A DNA stretch of 64,000 nucleotides from Terriglobia bacterium (GTDB lineage Bacteria > Acidobacteriota > Terriglobia > 2-12-FULL-54-10): assembly GCA_965222345.1 (NCBI GenBank), contig CBDCTS010000007.1, positions 114,760-178,759 of the forward strand. Direction: 5' to 3'. The first letter of the stretch is position 1, and each line of letters starts with the position of its first letter. A program made the position numbers and the translations under genes. Under the pieces are notes generated by a model. The model did not search any database. It was not told where the DNA came from and saw only the letters and a program-made list of their open reading frames with translations. Positions 27,475 through 37,200 of the stretch are shown here, piece after piece.

Positions 27475-28890
27475 TGTTGTTAGCAAGTTAAAATGTCCGG
27501 TATATGTAGCAAGTGAAATGTCCGCTTTCATGATTCTACCGAAAGTGATTTGGCGCTGACCGAAGGAGCCCGTAGGGCGACGGAGGTGAGCGCCAAATGG
27601 TGTTGTCGGGAAGCCACAGGGCTCCGCCGCCGACCGCCGCACCGGATCGCCACCCCCTCGGAGGAGTAGCGGCCCACCGTGTGCGGCCCATAGCCAATGC
27701 TTAACGTCCCATCCAGGTGTTCATAGACGGTCACCCGGCAGCCCGCCAGAGTCCCGCGCCAAGGAGTTTTCTCGATCTGGAGGAGGCGGTTCTCCAGACT
27801 GACCGTATTGTCCCGATTCACTATCCGCTGGTGCTGGATCGAGAAGATTCGCTCTAACTCCCGCCTGGCTGACGGCAAAAAGGCGCTGCCTGGTTGGGTG
27901 GCCGGCACGGCAAAGCGCCGGTTGAACTCCCCGATATAGCCCTCCCGCAGGAACCGATTCGCTGCCTCTAGCGTGATGATTCCCCGCAGGCGCAGTTCCT
28001 GCGGCAGCCGCCCTTGCCAGGTCCCGAAGTTCCGCTCGCTGCGTCCCCGCGCCTGCGGCGAATAGGCCGGAATCATCTGAATGCCCAGCTCCCGCAGGGC
28101 GCGGCCCACCTGGGTCAGCCGTTGCCGATCCACCGGCTCGCCCGCCTTCCGGGTCAGGAAGAAATGACTGGCCCGGTCGCTATAAAGGGCGCAAAAGATC
28201 CCCTGCTGCTCGACCACCTCCCGCAGGGCAGCCAGCACCGTCCGCGTCGATTCCTGCTCTACCAGTTGCGCATAGTAAATCTCGCTGCTGGCATCATCCA
28301 GGACCACCAGCAGGTCATACCAGCGATCATCGACAAACCACCGATGCTGGCTCCCATCCAGATGCAGCAGCATTCCCGGCAACGGCCGCCGGGGCCGCCT
28401 CTGGCGGTGCAGGCCCCGCTTCCGCCTCCTGTTCACTAGCCCCGCCCCTTGCAATGCCAGCTTCACCCAGGTGTAGCTCAGCCGGAGGCCGTGCTCTTCC
28501 CGCAGCTTTTCGTGAAAGTGCCGCACGTTGAAGTCAAAGTACTTCTCCTGATACAGCCCCAACACCTTCTCCACCGTCCCCAGGGGTACCCGCCGCGGAC
28601 TCGGCTTTCCCCGCCGCCGGTCAAACAGCCCGTCGTAGCCGTACTGCTCGTACCGGCTGCGCCACCGCCTCATCTGCCGGTCGCTGATCCCGATGATCTC
28701 GGCTGCCTGCCACCAGTTGATCCGCTTCCCTATCGCTCGCAAAATTACTTCTTGTATCTTCATCGCCCGCTCCATCGCAGCTTCCGAGTAGAACTTCATG
28801 CCACCTCCTGGCAAAAAGCCCTACCCTACGCCGCTCAAAGCGGACATTTCACATGTTAATTAGACCGGACATATCATGTGCTAACGACAA
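27475..28890 (-). mobile_element. ISNCY / IS1202-group-like insertion sequence (about 1.4 kb)
   Basis: Imperfect terminal inverted repeats of about 50 bp share the blocks TGTYGTTAGCA, ATGTCCGGT and GTGAAATGTCCGCTTT. The element is flanked by an identical 15-bp direct repeat AAGATTGGAGTTTTG at 27460-27474 and 28891-28905. Confidence 0.8.
27528..28799 (-). CDS. Transposase with N-terminal HTH and rve-type integrase core (ISNCY/IS1202-like)
   Basis: WWQAAEIIGISDRQMRRWRSRY (HTH) is followed by LHLDGS...LDDASS...YSDRASHF...SPQARGRSER (DDE/rve). ATG at 28799 follows GGAGG. Confidence 0.8.
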   Translation of the reverse strand: MKFYSEAAMERAMKIQEVILRAIGKRINWWQAAEIIGISDRQMRRWRSRYEQYGYDGLFDRRRGKPSPRRVPLGTVEKVLGLYQEKYFDFNVRHFHEKLREEHGLRLSYTWVKLALQGAGLVNRRRKRGLHRQRRPRRPLPGMLLHLDGSQHRWFVDDRWYDLLVVLDDASSEIYYAQLVEQESTRTVLAALREVVEQQGIFCALYSDRASHFFLTRKAGEPVDRQRLTQVGRALRELGIQMIPAYSPQARGRSERNFGTWQGRLPQELRLRGIITLEAANRFLREGYIGEFNRRFAVPATQPGSAFLPSARRELERIFSIQHQRIVNRDNTVSLENRLLQIEKTPWRGTLAGCRVTVYEHLDGTLSIGYGPHTVGRYSSEGVAIRCGGRRRSPVASRQHHLALTSVALRAPSVSAKSLSVES

Positions 28891-28951
28891 AAGATTGGAG
28901 TTTTGTTGACACAACGCTATACCGGCGCTACCCTCTTCGCAGGAGGCGGCT

Positions 28952-29959
28952 ATGGCACTGTTTTCGAGGATCAGCGTGTGTATGCTGGCTCTTTTATTCG
29001 TTCCTGCGGCAACCTGGGCTCAGGGTCAGCGTGGCTTTGCCGGTGGCTCACGGGGAGCGTCGAATCACCCAAACGGGCATCGCGGTGGGTTCCATCGCGG
29101 AATCAACAGATCTTCCGGGCCAGCAGCGGGGGAAGTTCGCGGCCGCTCCGGATTCCAGACAGGCGCTCGTGCCCGCTCAAACGCCCGAGGAGCTGCCACT
29201 TCAGCCGGAGCCGTCGGTAGTCATCGGAATGAAGGGCGTCTGGGCCACGGGACTTTCCCGAACCGTGGGGGTCGCGGCCACCGTTCCAGCTTTGCGGATA
29301 GGTTGGGTAACAATGTAGGATTGCGTGCTTTGCCTCCCGTGGCTACACATCCCGGTGTCGGAAACATCAACAGGCCCGGCGTAGCGCCAAACGGCTCCCC
29401 TTCCCATATTCCCAATATCAACCGACCGGGCGGAGGACGGACGCATAGAGGATTTACCGGGCCCGCCTATCATCACAAAAGCCCATACCGAAGCCGTATT
29501 GGTGGCTATAGCCGCCGGCGTGGGTATGGCTCCATTATCGTTTTCTACTACGGGATACCCTATGCCGTACCCTCCTACTATGGGTCTTATAGCCATATCC
29601 CTTACGGCGGATATAGCGGAGGATACAACAGCACCCCGGCGCCGTCCCAGCCGCCGCAAACTGCCGCTCCCGGAGCGCCTGGCGATCCAGCGGGTGATGT
29701 TCATCTGTGGCCTGGGATGCATCAATCGCCGGAACAGCCAACCACCCAACAACCTGACGGGAGTCTGCTTACCCTGCTTGCTTTCCAAGACCATACTATT
29801 GTGGCTGTAACGGACTATTGGCTGGAGGGCAACATACTCTATTATCAGACCAGCTACGGCATGCAGGGTTCAATCCCTTTAGACCGGCTGGACCTTCCTC
29901 TGACACAGCAACTGAACCGAGAACGCAATATTCCGTTTGTGCTGGAGTCCCGTCCCTAA
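28952..29959 (+). CDS. Secreted low-complexity Gly/Arg/Asn/Tyr-rich protein with a structured C-terminal domain
   Basis: Signal peptide MALFSRISVCMLALLFVPAATWAQ, repeated NINRPG motifs, a Tyr/Gly-rich segment and a C-terminal block of about 80 aa (LLAFQDHTIVAVTDYWLEGNILYYQTSYG...). Confidence 0.6.
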   Translation: MALFSRISVCMLALLFVPAATWAQGQRGFAGGSRGASNHPNGHRGGFHRGINRSSGPAAGEVRGRSGFQTGARARSNARGAATSAGAVGSHRNEGRLGHGTFPNRGGRGHRSSFADRLGNNVGLRALPPVATHPGVGNINRPGVAPNGSPSHIPNINRPGGGRTHRGFTGPAYHHKSPYRSRIGGYSRRRGYGSIIVFYYGIPYAVPSYYGSYSHIPYGGYSGGYNSTPAPSQPPQTAAPGAPGDPAGDVHLWPGMHQSPEQPTTQQPDGSLLTLLAFQDHTIVAVTDYWLEGNILYYQTSYGMQGSIPLDRLDLPLTQQLNRERNIPFVLESRP

Positions 29960-30036
29960 GCCGGAATTTCCGACATATACCCTCGCTCGGCTGCGGATTC
30001 CATGTCCGGCAGCTTCCGTGTCACTGCCGATTGTCG

Positions 30037-31473
30037 TTACTGACGATAGTCCAGCGGCGGGTCCCGATCACCTAAAAGTGGCTCATACCGGAAATCCGGC
30101 TCCCGGCGCTCTTGCCACTCCGCCCGAGCTTTGCGGATGTGGGAGGGATCGGAGAAAAGGTCCACGGAAGTCATCGCCAGGACCTTGGCCGCCAAAAGCA
30201 TACCCTTCAGGCCAATGCTCATCCCTCCAGCCGCCACAGCCTGCCACGAGTGGGATGCTGTTCCCGGCACCCACGTCGCTACCCGGAATTGAGCCGTGGG
30301 AACAACCCAGCTCACGTCTCCCACGTCCGAGGAAGCCATCGTGATTCCTTCCTCGAAAGGCTGAATTTCTTTTTCGGACCCCAGTGGAATATCAACGCGG
30401 CCTAAGGTCTCTCGAATCTTTTCGGCAAAGGCTTGCTCCTCGGGTGAGTACAGCACTCCGCCCAGCCGTTCCATATTGGCGTGCATCAGACGGGATAGGA
30501 ATACGTTGGTGAGTATGCTGTGAGTTCCACCGATGATCTCCCAATCGACCGTTGTTCCCGTGCCCATTGCCGCGCCACGGGCAGCCTGCACCACGCGTTC
30601 CCAGATGTCGCTCAACTGCTGGGCACTGGGGTGGCGGACATAGTAGTAAGTCTCCGCAGTTTCCGGCACGACATTCGGAGCCAGCCCGCCTTTGGTGATC
30701 ACGTAATGAATCCGGGTCTCCTGCGGCACATGCTCCCGCAGGAGATTCACCATATGGTTCATGGCTTCAACCCCGTCCAGCGCCGAGCGCCCACGCTGGG
30801 GTGACGCGGCGGCATGTGCCGACCTGCCCTGGAATCGAAACTTCCCCGACTTGACGGCCAAGTTGGTTCGGGGACTGGCATCGTTTCGATCTCCCGGATG
30901 CCAGTTCAACACCACATCAACATCTTCGAACAACCCTCCTCGAACCATGTAGACCTTGCCGTTACCACCCTCCTCAGCGGGGGTCCCATACAATCGCACA
31001 GTGCCCATTTCCCCCGATGAAGCCAGCCAATCCTTCACAGCGATCGCTGCGGCAGTGGAGGCAGTGCCGAACAGGTGGTGGCCGCAGGCATGCCCGCTGC
31101 TGCCTTCCTCCCGGACCTGCCGGAAAGGTGCAGCCGCCTGCGACAGGCCCGGAAGGGCGTCAAACTCGGCCAAAATAGCGATGACCGGTTGCCCGCTCCC
31201 GTAGGTCGCAACAAACGAGGTCGGCATGCCGGCAACGCCCGCCGTGACCTCGAAACCAGCTTCCTTAAGTTGCGCCTGCAGCAGCGATGTACTTCTTTCC
31301 TCCTGGTATCCGAGTTCGGCAAAGTCCCAGAGCCGCAGAGCCATGTCGTTATATCGTTCCGCCCGATTGTCGATTGCCTGCTGCACAAAATCGGTCGGCT
31401 GCTGCGCCAGTCCGGTCGCCGCCACCAGCATGAGGGTGACACCAAAAACCATTCGGAAAATACGCTTTGTCAT
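30037..31473 (-). CDS. M20-family amidohydrolase (AbgB / aminobenzoyl-glutamate utilisation-like), secreted
   Basis: Signal peptide MTKRIFRMVFGVTLMLVAATGLA, HACGHH metal site and an M20 dimerisation insert. Confidence 0.8.
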   Translation of the reverse strand: MTKRIFRMVFGVTLMLVAATGLAQQPTDFVQQAIDNRAERYNDMALRLWDFAELGYQEERSTSLLQAQLKEAGFEVTAGVAGMPTSFVATYGSGQPVIAILAEFDALPGLSQAAAPFRQVREEGSSGHACGHHLFGTASTAAAIAVKDWLASSGEMGTVRLYGTPAEEGGNGKVYMVRGGLFEDVDVVLNWHPGDRNDASPRTNLAVKSGKFRFQGRSAHAAASPQRGRSALDGVEAMNHMVNLLREHVPQETRIHYVITKGGLAPNVVPETAETYYYVRHPSAQQLSDIWERVVQAARGAAMGTGTTVDWEIIGGTHSILTNVFLSRLMHANMERLGGVLYSPEEQAFAEKIRETLGRVDIPLGSEKEIQPFEEGITMASSDVGDVSWVVPTAQFRVATWVPGTASHSWQAVAAGGMSIGLKGMLLAAKVLAMTSVDLFSDPSHIRKARAEWQERREPDFRYEPLLGDRDPPLDYRQ

Positions 31474-31666
31474 GGGCCATTCTCCCGGTGAAAATTCCAG
31501 AGGGTCAACCAACGATACGACCTTCTTTTCAAGTGACTATACTGGAATCAGCATTGGCGGCTCAATAGGCCTCCCAGGCCAGTCCGGTTGACGCATGATT
31601 CGATGTGAAGGTAAAGTTGCTCTCGGAAATTCCGTCTGACATGGAGCAATCAAGTTAAGGGGTTCT

Positions 31667-32674
31667 ATGGCTACGCAACCGTCTCCGGCGATTTTTTACG
31701 AAACAGCTATGGCATTTCAACGGACCGCCGCCCTAAAAGCAGCTGTCGAATTGGATTTGTTCACGGCCATTGGAAGCAACCAGGCGACCGCCGCGGAGGT
31801 TGCCTCCAAACTGGGGACCCCGGAGCGGAGCACCCGCATCCTGTGCGATTACCTGACCGTAATAGGCTTCCTGAGCAAGCAAGAGGGGCGTTACTCGCTG
31901 ACGCGGAGTTGCTCCATATTTCTGGACCGAAACTCCCAGGCATTCGTGGGAGGCGCGCTCCAGTTCCTTCTTTCCCCCATGATGAAAAGCGCCTTTGCAG
32001 ACCTTGCCGAGACGGTTCGCCGCGGGACTACGATTCTCGACGGGCAGGGTTCGGTGAGTCACGAAAATCCCGCTTGGGTGGACTTCGCCCGGGGAATGGC
32101 GCCGCTGATGATCCTGACGGCCCGGACGATGGCGGATTTGCTTCGCTTCGGGGCAGACCGAAAGACGCAGGTGCTTGACATCGCCGCTGGTCACGGCATG
32201 TTCGGCATCACGCTCGCACAGCGGAATCCCGGCATGGAGGTAACGGCCCTGGATTGGCCCAGAGTTCTTGAAGTGGCGAAGGGCAACGCCTCCGCTGCCG
32301 GAGTGGCCGACCGCTACCACACCATCGAAGGCGATGCGTTTGCCGCTGACTTCGGAACCGGCTACGACGCCGTATTGCTGACCAATTTTCTGCACCACTT
32401 TGACATCCCGGCCTGCAATACCATTCTGCGGAAAGTCGTCGCCGCGCTCAAACCGGGAGGACGCGCCGTGACCCTCGAATTCGTGCTCAACGACGACCGA
32501 GTCTCTCCCCTGGCTTCTGCCGGATTCCCCTTAATCATGCTTGCCACGACGCCAAACGGCGACGCCTTCACCTATTCTGACCTGGAGCGCATGTTCGCCA
32601 GCAGCGGCTTTACCCGCAGCGAGCTGCATGATCTCAGCCCGGCCATCCAGCAGATGGTGATTTCATACAAATAG
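31667..32674 (+). CDS. SAM-dependent O-methyltransferase (dimerisation domain plus class I MTase)
   Basis: VLDIAAGHGMFG SAM-binding motif. 335 aa with the layout typical of PF00891-type O-methyltransferases. Confidence 0.8.
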   Translation: MATQPSPAIFYETAMAFQRTAALKAAVELDLFTAIGSNQATAAEVASKLGTPERSTRILCDYLTVIGFLSKQEGRYSLTRSCSIFLDRNSQAFVGGALQFLLSPMMKSAFADLAETVRRGTTILDGQGSVSHENPAWVDFARGMAPLMILTARTMADLLRFGADRKTQVLDIAAGHGMFGITLAQRNPGMEVTALDWPRVLEVAKGNASAAGVADRYHTIEGDAFAADFGTGYDAVLLTNFLHHFDIPACNTILRKVVAALKPGGRAVTLEFVLNDDRVSPLASAGFPLIMLATTPNGDAFTYSDLERMFASSGFTRSELHDLSPAIQQMVISYK

Positions 32675-32724
32675 CGAAAAGGAATGGCCTCCCCCGGGCG
32701 GTAGGCCGGGGCCTCCTTAGGCGC

Positions 32725-34023
32725 TCAGCCGCTGAGCGACGTCTCCATTGGGAGCGCCAGCGGTGGTTCGCGCAGGAAATCGAGGCCTTTCATTTTTTCT
32801 ATTGCAGCGGTGATAGCCGTCTCGGTGGTGGACTCGACGGTAATGACGAAGGGCAGGTTCTGTTTTTCGGCGAGAGACTCCTGCAGGACGGCATCGATAC
32901 TGATTTTTTCTTCCGCCAGTATGGATGCCAGTCGGGCAATGATCCCGACGCGGTCCGCGATCAGGAAACGCAGGAAATAGGGGCGCTGCTGGGATTCGAT
33001 TCCGGCCCGGCTCACCTCTTGGAGCTTCTGGAAACCGAAAGACGGCGCTCGCAGCGGGCTTCCCAGTCTCAGGTCGCGCGCAGCCCGCATGATGTCAGAG
33101 ACAACGGCCACACCGGTCGGGGAACCCGCCCCACGGCCGTAATAGAGCGTATCCTCTCCGTAAGTTCCCTTAATCCAAACCGCATTGTATGAGCCGCTGA
33201 CTTTGCTGAGAATGGCGGTCTCCGGGATCAGGGCCGGCCGCACCGAGAGACACAAGCCATCGGAGCCCGGCGTAGCAGCGCCGATCAGCCGGATGGTGTA
33301 GCCGAGGCGGTGAGCATACAGGAAATCGACCGGCTGCAACTGCAGGATTCCCTGGCGGAAAATGGCTTCGGTCGGCACCCGGACGCCAAAACACAGGGCT
33401 GCCAGGATCGCCAGCTTGGAGCGGGCGTCGTAGCCCTCGACATCGACGGTGGGGTCGGCCTCGGCAAAGCCCCGCTTCTGGGCCTCAGCCAGGATTTCCG
33501 GCAGCGGAGCGCCAGACCGTTCCATTTCTGTGAGGATGAAGTTGGAGGTTCCGTTGAGGATGCCGTAGAGCGCCTCGATCCGGTCAGCGGAAATTCCCTC
33601 GCGCAGGGCGTTGAGAATTGGGATGCCGCCGCCGACGCTGGCTTCCAGATGCAGTGAAGCCATGTGCTGCGAAGCCAGTTGAGCCAGCTCCGCCCCGTGG
33701 AGTCCGAGCAGTTCTTTGTTCGCGGTGACCACGGGCCTGCCGCGCTGGAGCGCCCCGCGAATCACCTCCTGCGCAATGGTAGTCCCGCCGACCAGCTCCA
33801 CTACCAGCTCCACTTCGGGGTGCTCGACAACTTCCTGCCATGTGCGGGTGAGCAACCGCCCGTTTTGTTCCGAGCGAGCTTCAATCTCTAAACTGGCGGC
33901 GGCGCGCACGCGCAGGCTGAAGCCAAGCCTCCGGCTGATTTCGGCGGCGTTTTCATCCAAGAGGCGCAGGGTGCTGCCGCCTACCGTGCCTAATCCCACT
34001 ATTCCGACATTCACATCACGCAT
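32725..34023 (-). CDS. hom: Homoserine dehydrogenase
   Basis: VGIVGLGTVG NAD site, GILNGTSNFIL and a C-terminal ACT domain. Confidence 0.92.
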   Translation of the reverse strand: MRDVNVGIVGLGTVGGSTLRLLDENAAEISRRLGFSLRVRAAASLEIEARSEQNGRLLTRTWQEVVEHPEVELVVELVGGTTIAQEVIRGALQRGRPVVTANKELLGLHGAELAQLASQHMASLHLEASVGGGIPILNALREGISADRIEALYGILNGTSNFILTEMERSGAPLPEILAEAQKRGFAEADPTVDVEGYDARSKLAILAALCFGVRVPTEAIFRQGILQLQPVDFLYAHRLGYTIRLIGAATPGSDGLCLSVRPALIPETAILSKVSGSYNAVWIKGTYGEDTLYYGRGAGSPTGVAVVSDIMRAARDLRLGSPLRAPSFGFQKLQEVSRAGIESQQRPYFLRFLIADRVGIIARLASILAEEKISIDAVLQESLAEKQNLPFVITVESTTETAITAAIEKMKGLDFLREPPLALPMETSLSG

Positions 34024-34047
34024 AGCTCTTTTCCCATTAGGATACTA

Positions 34048-34452
34048 TCACCGCCAAGGCTTGACGGTGATGAATTGCCGAGGAGTCATTATGGGAATTC
34101 CCTGAAACGCCTTCAGCTTGAGAAGGTGATCATCACCGGTGACAATCGCTTCAGCCTCGGCCTCCAGCGCGCACGCGAGAATCTCGTTATCCGCTCGATC
34201 CTTTGCGAGATTTACCTGTTGGCTGGGAATAACGGTCCGGAGCGATACCAAGAACGGGTCAATCCATTCCGCCAACTCATTTTTGGACCAGCCGAATTTC
34301 TTTGTCAATACACTCCTGATCTCTTGCGCAATTGACGGAGAGATGCAAATAGTAAAGACTCCTTCTTCGGCAAAAAGGAACACCCGCTCAGGAAGGCCAC
34401 CGAAGAGAAAGGCGGAAACATAGACATTCGTATCGACAACAACGCAGATCAT
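34048..34452 (-). CDS. PIN-domain toxin (VapC-like, TIGR00305-type)
   Basis: N-terminal VVVDTNVYVSA. 134 aa. The ATG directly follows the antitoxin TAA. Confidence 0.8.
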   Translation of the reverse strand: MICVVVDTNVYVSAFLFGGLPERVFLFAEEGVFTICISPSIAQEIRSVLTKKFGWSKNELAEWIDPFLVSLRTVIPSQQVNLAKDRADNEILACALEAEAEAIVTGDDHLLKLKAFQGIPIMTPRQFITVKPWR

Positions 34453-34725
34453 TTATTTCCGGGGCTTGCCTCTTGGTTTCCCCCCGCGTTGCTGCCCGCG
34501 AAATTCCCGAATGAGGGGTACGACATTGCTCTTCTTGATACCGAGTTCCAGGGCCTTATCGCGCCCATAAGAACGTAGTTTTCGCCAGTGCTGCTGTCTC
34601 TGGTAGCGACGCAATGCTTCCCTGACCAATTCACTTAGCGTCTGCTCTTCCTCTTTGGCCAGTTGCTCAACTTCCTTCAGCAGGGTTGGTGTCATAGTGA
34701 CGGTAATGGTCTTTGTGATGCTCAT
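34453..34725 (-). CDS. Ribbon-helix-helix (CopG-like) antitoxin
   Basis: 90 aa with an RHH-like N-terminus (TVTMTPTLLKEVEQLAKEEEQTLSELVREAL) and a basic tail. Confidence 0.7.
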   Translation of the reverse strand: MSITKTITVTMTPTLLKEVEQLAKEEEQTLSELVREALRRYQRQQHWRKLRSYGRDKALELGIKKSNVVPLIREFRGQQRGGKPRGKPRK

Positions 34726-34774
34726 GAGCTTCTCACCTTGCGAACAATACTCAAATCGAGGACCTACTTCGATA

Positions 34775-35239
34775 TCACTTCATGCGTTCCGTGATCCTGG
34801 TGCGCCATTTCTCCGGGGAATCGATCTTATAGCGTTTCAGCAACCTCAGCAGCCTTATCCCAGGCCGGTTGTTAGTATAGTTGCCCTTTTGCGTCCACGA
34901 ATTCGTATCCGTCCATTTCATCCTCTTCGCAACCTGAAGAGCCTCCCCAAAAGTCAAGGCATAGGTTTCCGTTTTCTTCTCTTCGGCCAGATGCCAAACG
35001 TATGCCAGGATCAGGTCCGGGAACTTCGCATACTTTCTGTCGAGGGAGAACGACATTCCCGAGGCAGCCTTCATCTGGATAGGACGCGCCATGAAGGGCA
35101 CACGGGGGCCGCTGTAAACGATGAGGTCTACACCACAATCCCGAAGCGGTTGAGCCACTTCCAGTCCCGCTCGCAGCAACTGGTCTATGAGCCGGTTTCT
35201 TCCGAGCAGCTCGATGACCTGATTGTCCAGCAGCCCCAT
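34775..35239 (-). CDS. Hypothetical protein with a possible PD-(D/E)xK nuclease-like core
   Basis: GVDLIVY...(15 aa)...IQMKAAS resembles a D...(Q/E)xK motif after an N-terminal helix. The call rests on this motif only. Confidence 0.4.
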   Translation of the reverse strand: MGLLDNQVIELLGRNRLIDQLLRAGLEVAQPLRDCGVDLIVYSGPRVPFMARPIQMKAASGMSFSLDRKYAKFPDLILAYVWHLAEEKKTETYALTFGEALQVAKRMKWTDTNSWTQKGNYTNNRPGIRLLRLLKRYKIDSPEKWRTRITERMK

Positions 35240-35251
35240 TGTAGAGAAAGC

Positions 35252-36778
35252 TCAACCTGAAGCTTCTGCCCCCACCGTTTCAAGCACCTTCCCGGTGGTC
35301 TCTTCCACTCTGGCGTGAAGGCTGTTGCCGTGGGCGTCCATGGTGACCAGCGCCATCAAATCCTTTACCCGCAGGTGCCACATCGCTTCCGGTATTCCCA
35401 ATTCGAACAGCGAGACGCCCTCGACGGCGGTAATCGCCCGCGCATAGTACTGCGCCGCGCCTCCGATGGCGTTCAGATAAACGGCACCGTGCTTTTGGAG
35501 GGCATCCAGGGTCTTTTTTCCCATACCGCCTTTTCCCATGACAGCGCGCATGCCGAAGCGCCGGATAATCTCGCCCTGGTAAGGCTCCTCGCGCATGCTG
35601 GTGGTCGGGCCGGCGGCGGTCATTTTCCAGCCGTCTCCCTGCTTCATGGCGACCGGGCCGCAATGGTAGAGCACGGCCCCCTGCAGATCAACCGGCGCAG
35701 AGTTTTTCATCATGTAGGCGTGGGCCTCGTCCCTGCCAGTGTAGATGAGGCCGCTGATCAGCACTACGTCGCCGACCTTCAAGCCGCGGACCTTCTCTTC
35801 CGTCAGGGGAGGTTCCAGCACCACCTCCCGGCCCGTCAGCGGGAATCCGGATTCCTTGGCCAGTTTTTCCACCTGCCGGTCCGGGTCGCGGTAGAGCCAG
35901 CTTCGTATGGCGCCGCTCGCTGCATCCAGTCGCACTCCCAGGCGGCGAAAGGCCCAGCAGTCATAAGCAACCGAGACAAAAAAGCTGGCGGGAAGACGGT
36001 TCAGCGCCCCGATCTTGCAGCCGATCAAGGAGACATTCCCCCCGAAGCCCATCGTTCCCACGCCCAGGCGGTTGGCCTCCTCCATGATCTGCTGTTCCAG
36101 GCGGGCCAACTGCGGGTCGGGGTTGGTGTCGTCGAGCGGACGGAAGAGCTGCTGCTTGGCATGCTCGTAGCCGGCAGTCCTGTCTCCGCCGATGCAAACC
36201 CCGACGGCGCCGGGGCTGCAACCTTGCCCCTGCGCCTGCCAGACGCCGTGCAAGATGCACTTGTGCACCCCTTCCAAGGTGCGGTCGGCGCGTCCCAGGT
36301 GGTCCAGCTGGCAGGGGACGGTGTACTGGATATTCTTGTTTTCGCAGCCGCCTCCTTTCAGAATCAACCGGACCTCTACATCCTCTTTCTCCCATTGTTC
36401 AAAGTGGATGACCGGGGTGCCCGGACCCAGGTTGTCGCCGCTATTTTTGCCGTTGATCGAATCGACCGAGTTTGGCCGCAGCTTGCCCCGCCGGGTGGCC
36501 TCCTGTATGGCCTTCCGAACCTCATTGCGAAAAACAATCTGGTTGAACCCGACCGGAGTTTTGATGAGGAAGGTGGGCATGCCGGTATCCTGGCAGATGG
36601 GGTTTTCATCCTCCTCGGCCATGTCGACGTTGGAGGCGATGACGTTGAGCGCCAGCGAAGACTGCGTTTTCGGAGCTTCCTGCCCGAGCGCCCAGGACAT
36701 GGCTTGGCGCACGTCCGGCGGCAGGTTGGTGGAGGTTTCAGTGATTAGTTTTATGAGGCTTTCTTGAATAAATTGCAT
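35252..36778 (-). CDS. Class I (Fe-S) fumarate hydratase / tartrate dehydratase family, fused alpha-beta form
   Basis: 508 aa. The N-terminal half resembles the Fe-S hydro-lyase alpha type (CQDTGMP...) and the C-terminal half resembles the beta-type swivel domain. Confidence 0.85.
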   Translation of the reverse strand: MQFIQESLIKLITETSTNLPPDVRQAMSWALGQEAPKTQSSLALNVIASNVDMAEEDENPICQDTGMPTFLIKTPVGFNQIVFRNEVRKAIQEATRRGKLRPNSVDSINGKNSGDNLGPGTPVIHFEQWEKEDVEVRLILKGGGCENKNIQYTVPCQLDHLGRADRTLEGVHKCILHGVWQAQGQGCSPGAVGVCIGGDRTAGYEHAKQQLFRPLDDTNPDPQLARLEQQIMEEANRLGVGTMGFGGNVSLIGCKIGALNRLPASFFVSVAYDCWAFRRLGVRLDAASGAIRSWLYRDPDRQVEKLAKESGFPLTGREVVLEPPLTEEKVRGLKVGDVVLISGLIYTGRDEAHAYMMKNSAPVDLQGAVLYHCGPVAMKQGDGWKMTAAGPTTSMREEPYQGEIIRRFGMRAVMGKGGMGKKTLDALQKHGAVYLNAIGGAAQYYARAITAVEGVSLFELGIPEAMWHLRVKDLMALVTMDAHGNSLHARVEETTGKVLETVGAEASG

Positions 36779-37200
36779 GCTGGTTCTCCCTAATGGAGCG
36801 CCTCGGAAGAGATAAAGGCTTCTTTCAGGAACCCGTTGACCTGCAAGCTCTTAAACGGGGCGCCATCCAAATACAAGGCTTTCCACTTAAATCCTACACC
36901 AAAATCTTACACCAAAAGCCTGCATTGGTTGAGCAGGGATTGGAAATAAGCTCTGCCGGGGTTTGTTTTGGTTGAATGAAAAGAACAAATCGGAATCGCT
37001 TCCAAGCCAGTATGCTCACTGGTTTGACGGATGAGTTACAATGGATGAGCTTGCAAATTTGGATCGGAAGGTTGAAAACTGCTGAGGCGAACCTGCCACC
37101 GGCCCCGGCGGACGGTGGAGAGCTTCAGGGTGTTGTTCTGGCGCCATTTAGAAACAGTCCTGCCGCGTAAACGTTTCATTTCGATTTGAGGAACGGGAAG

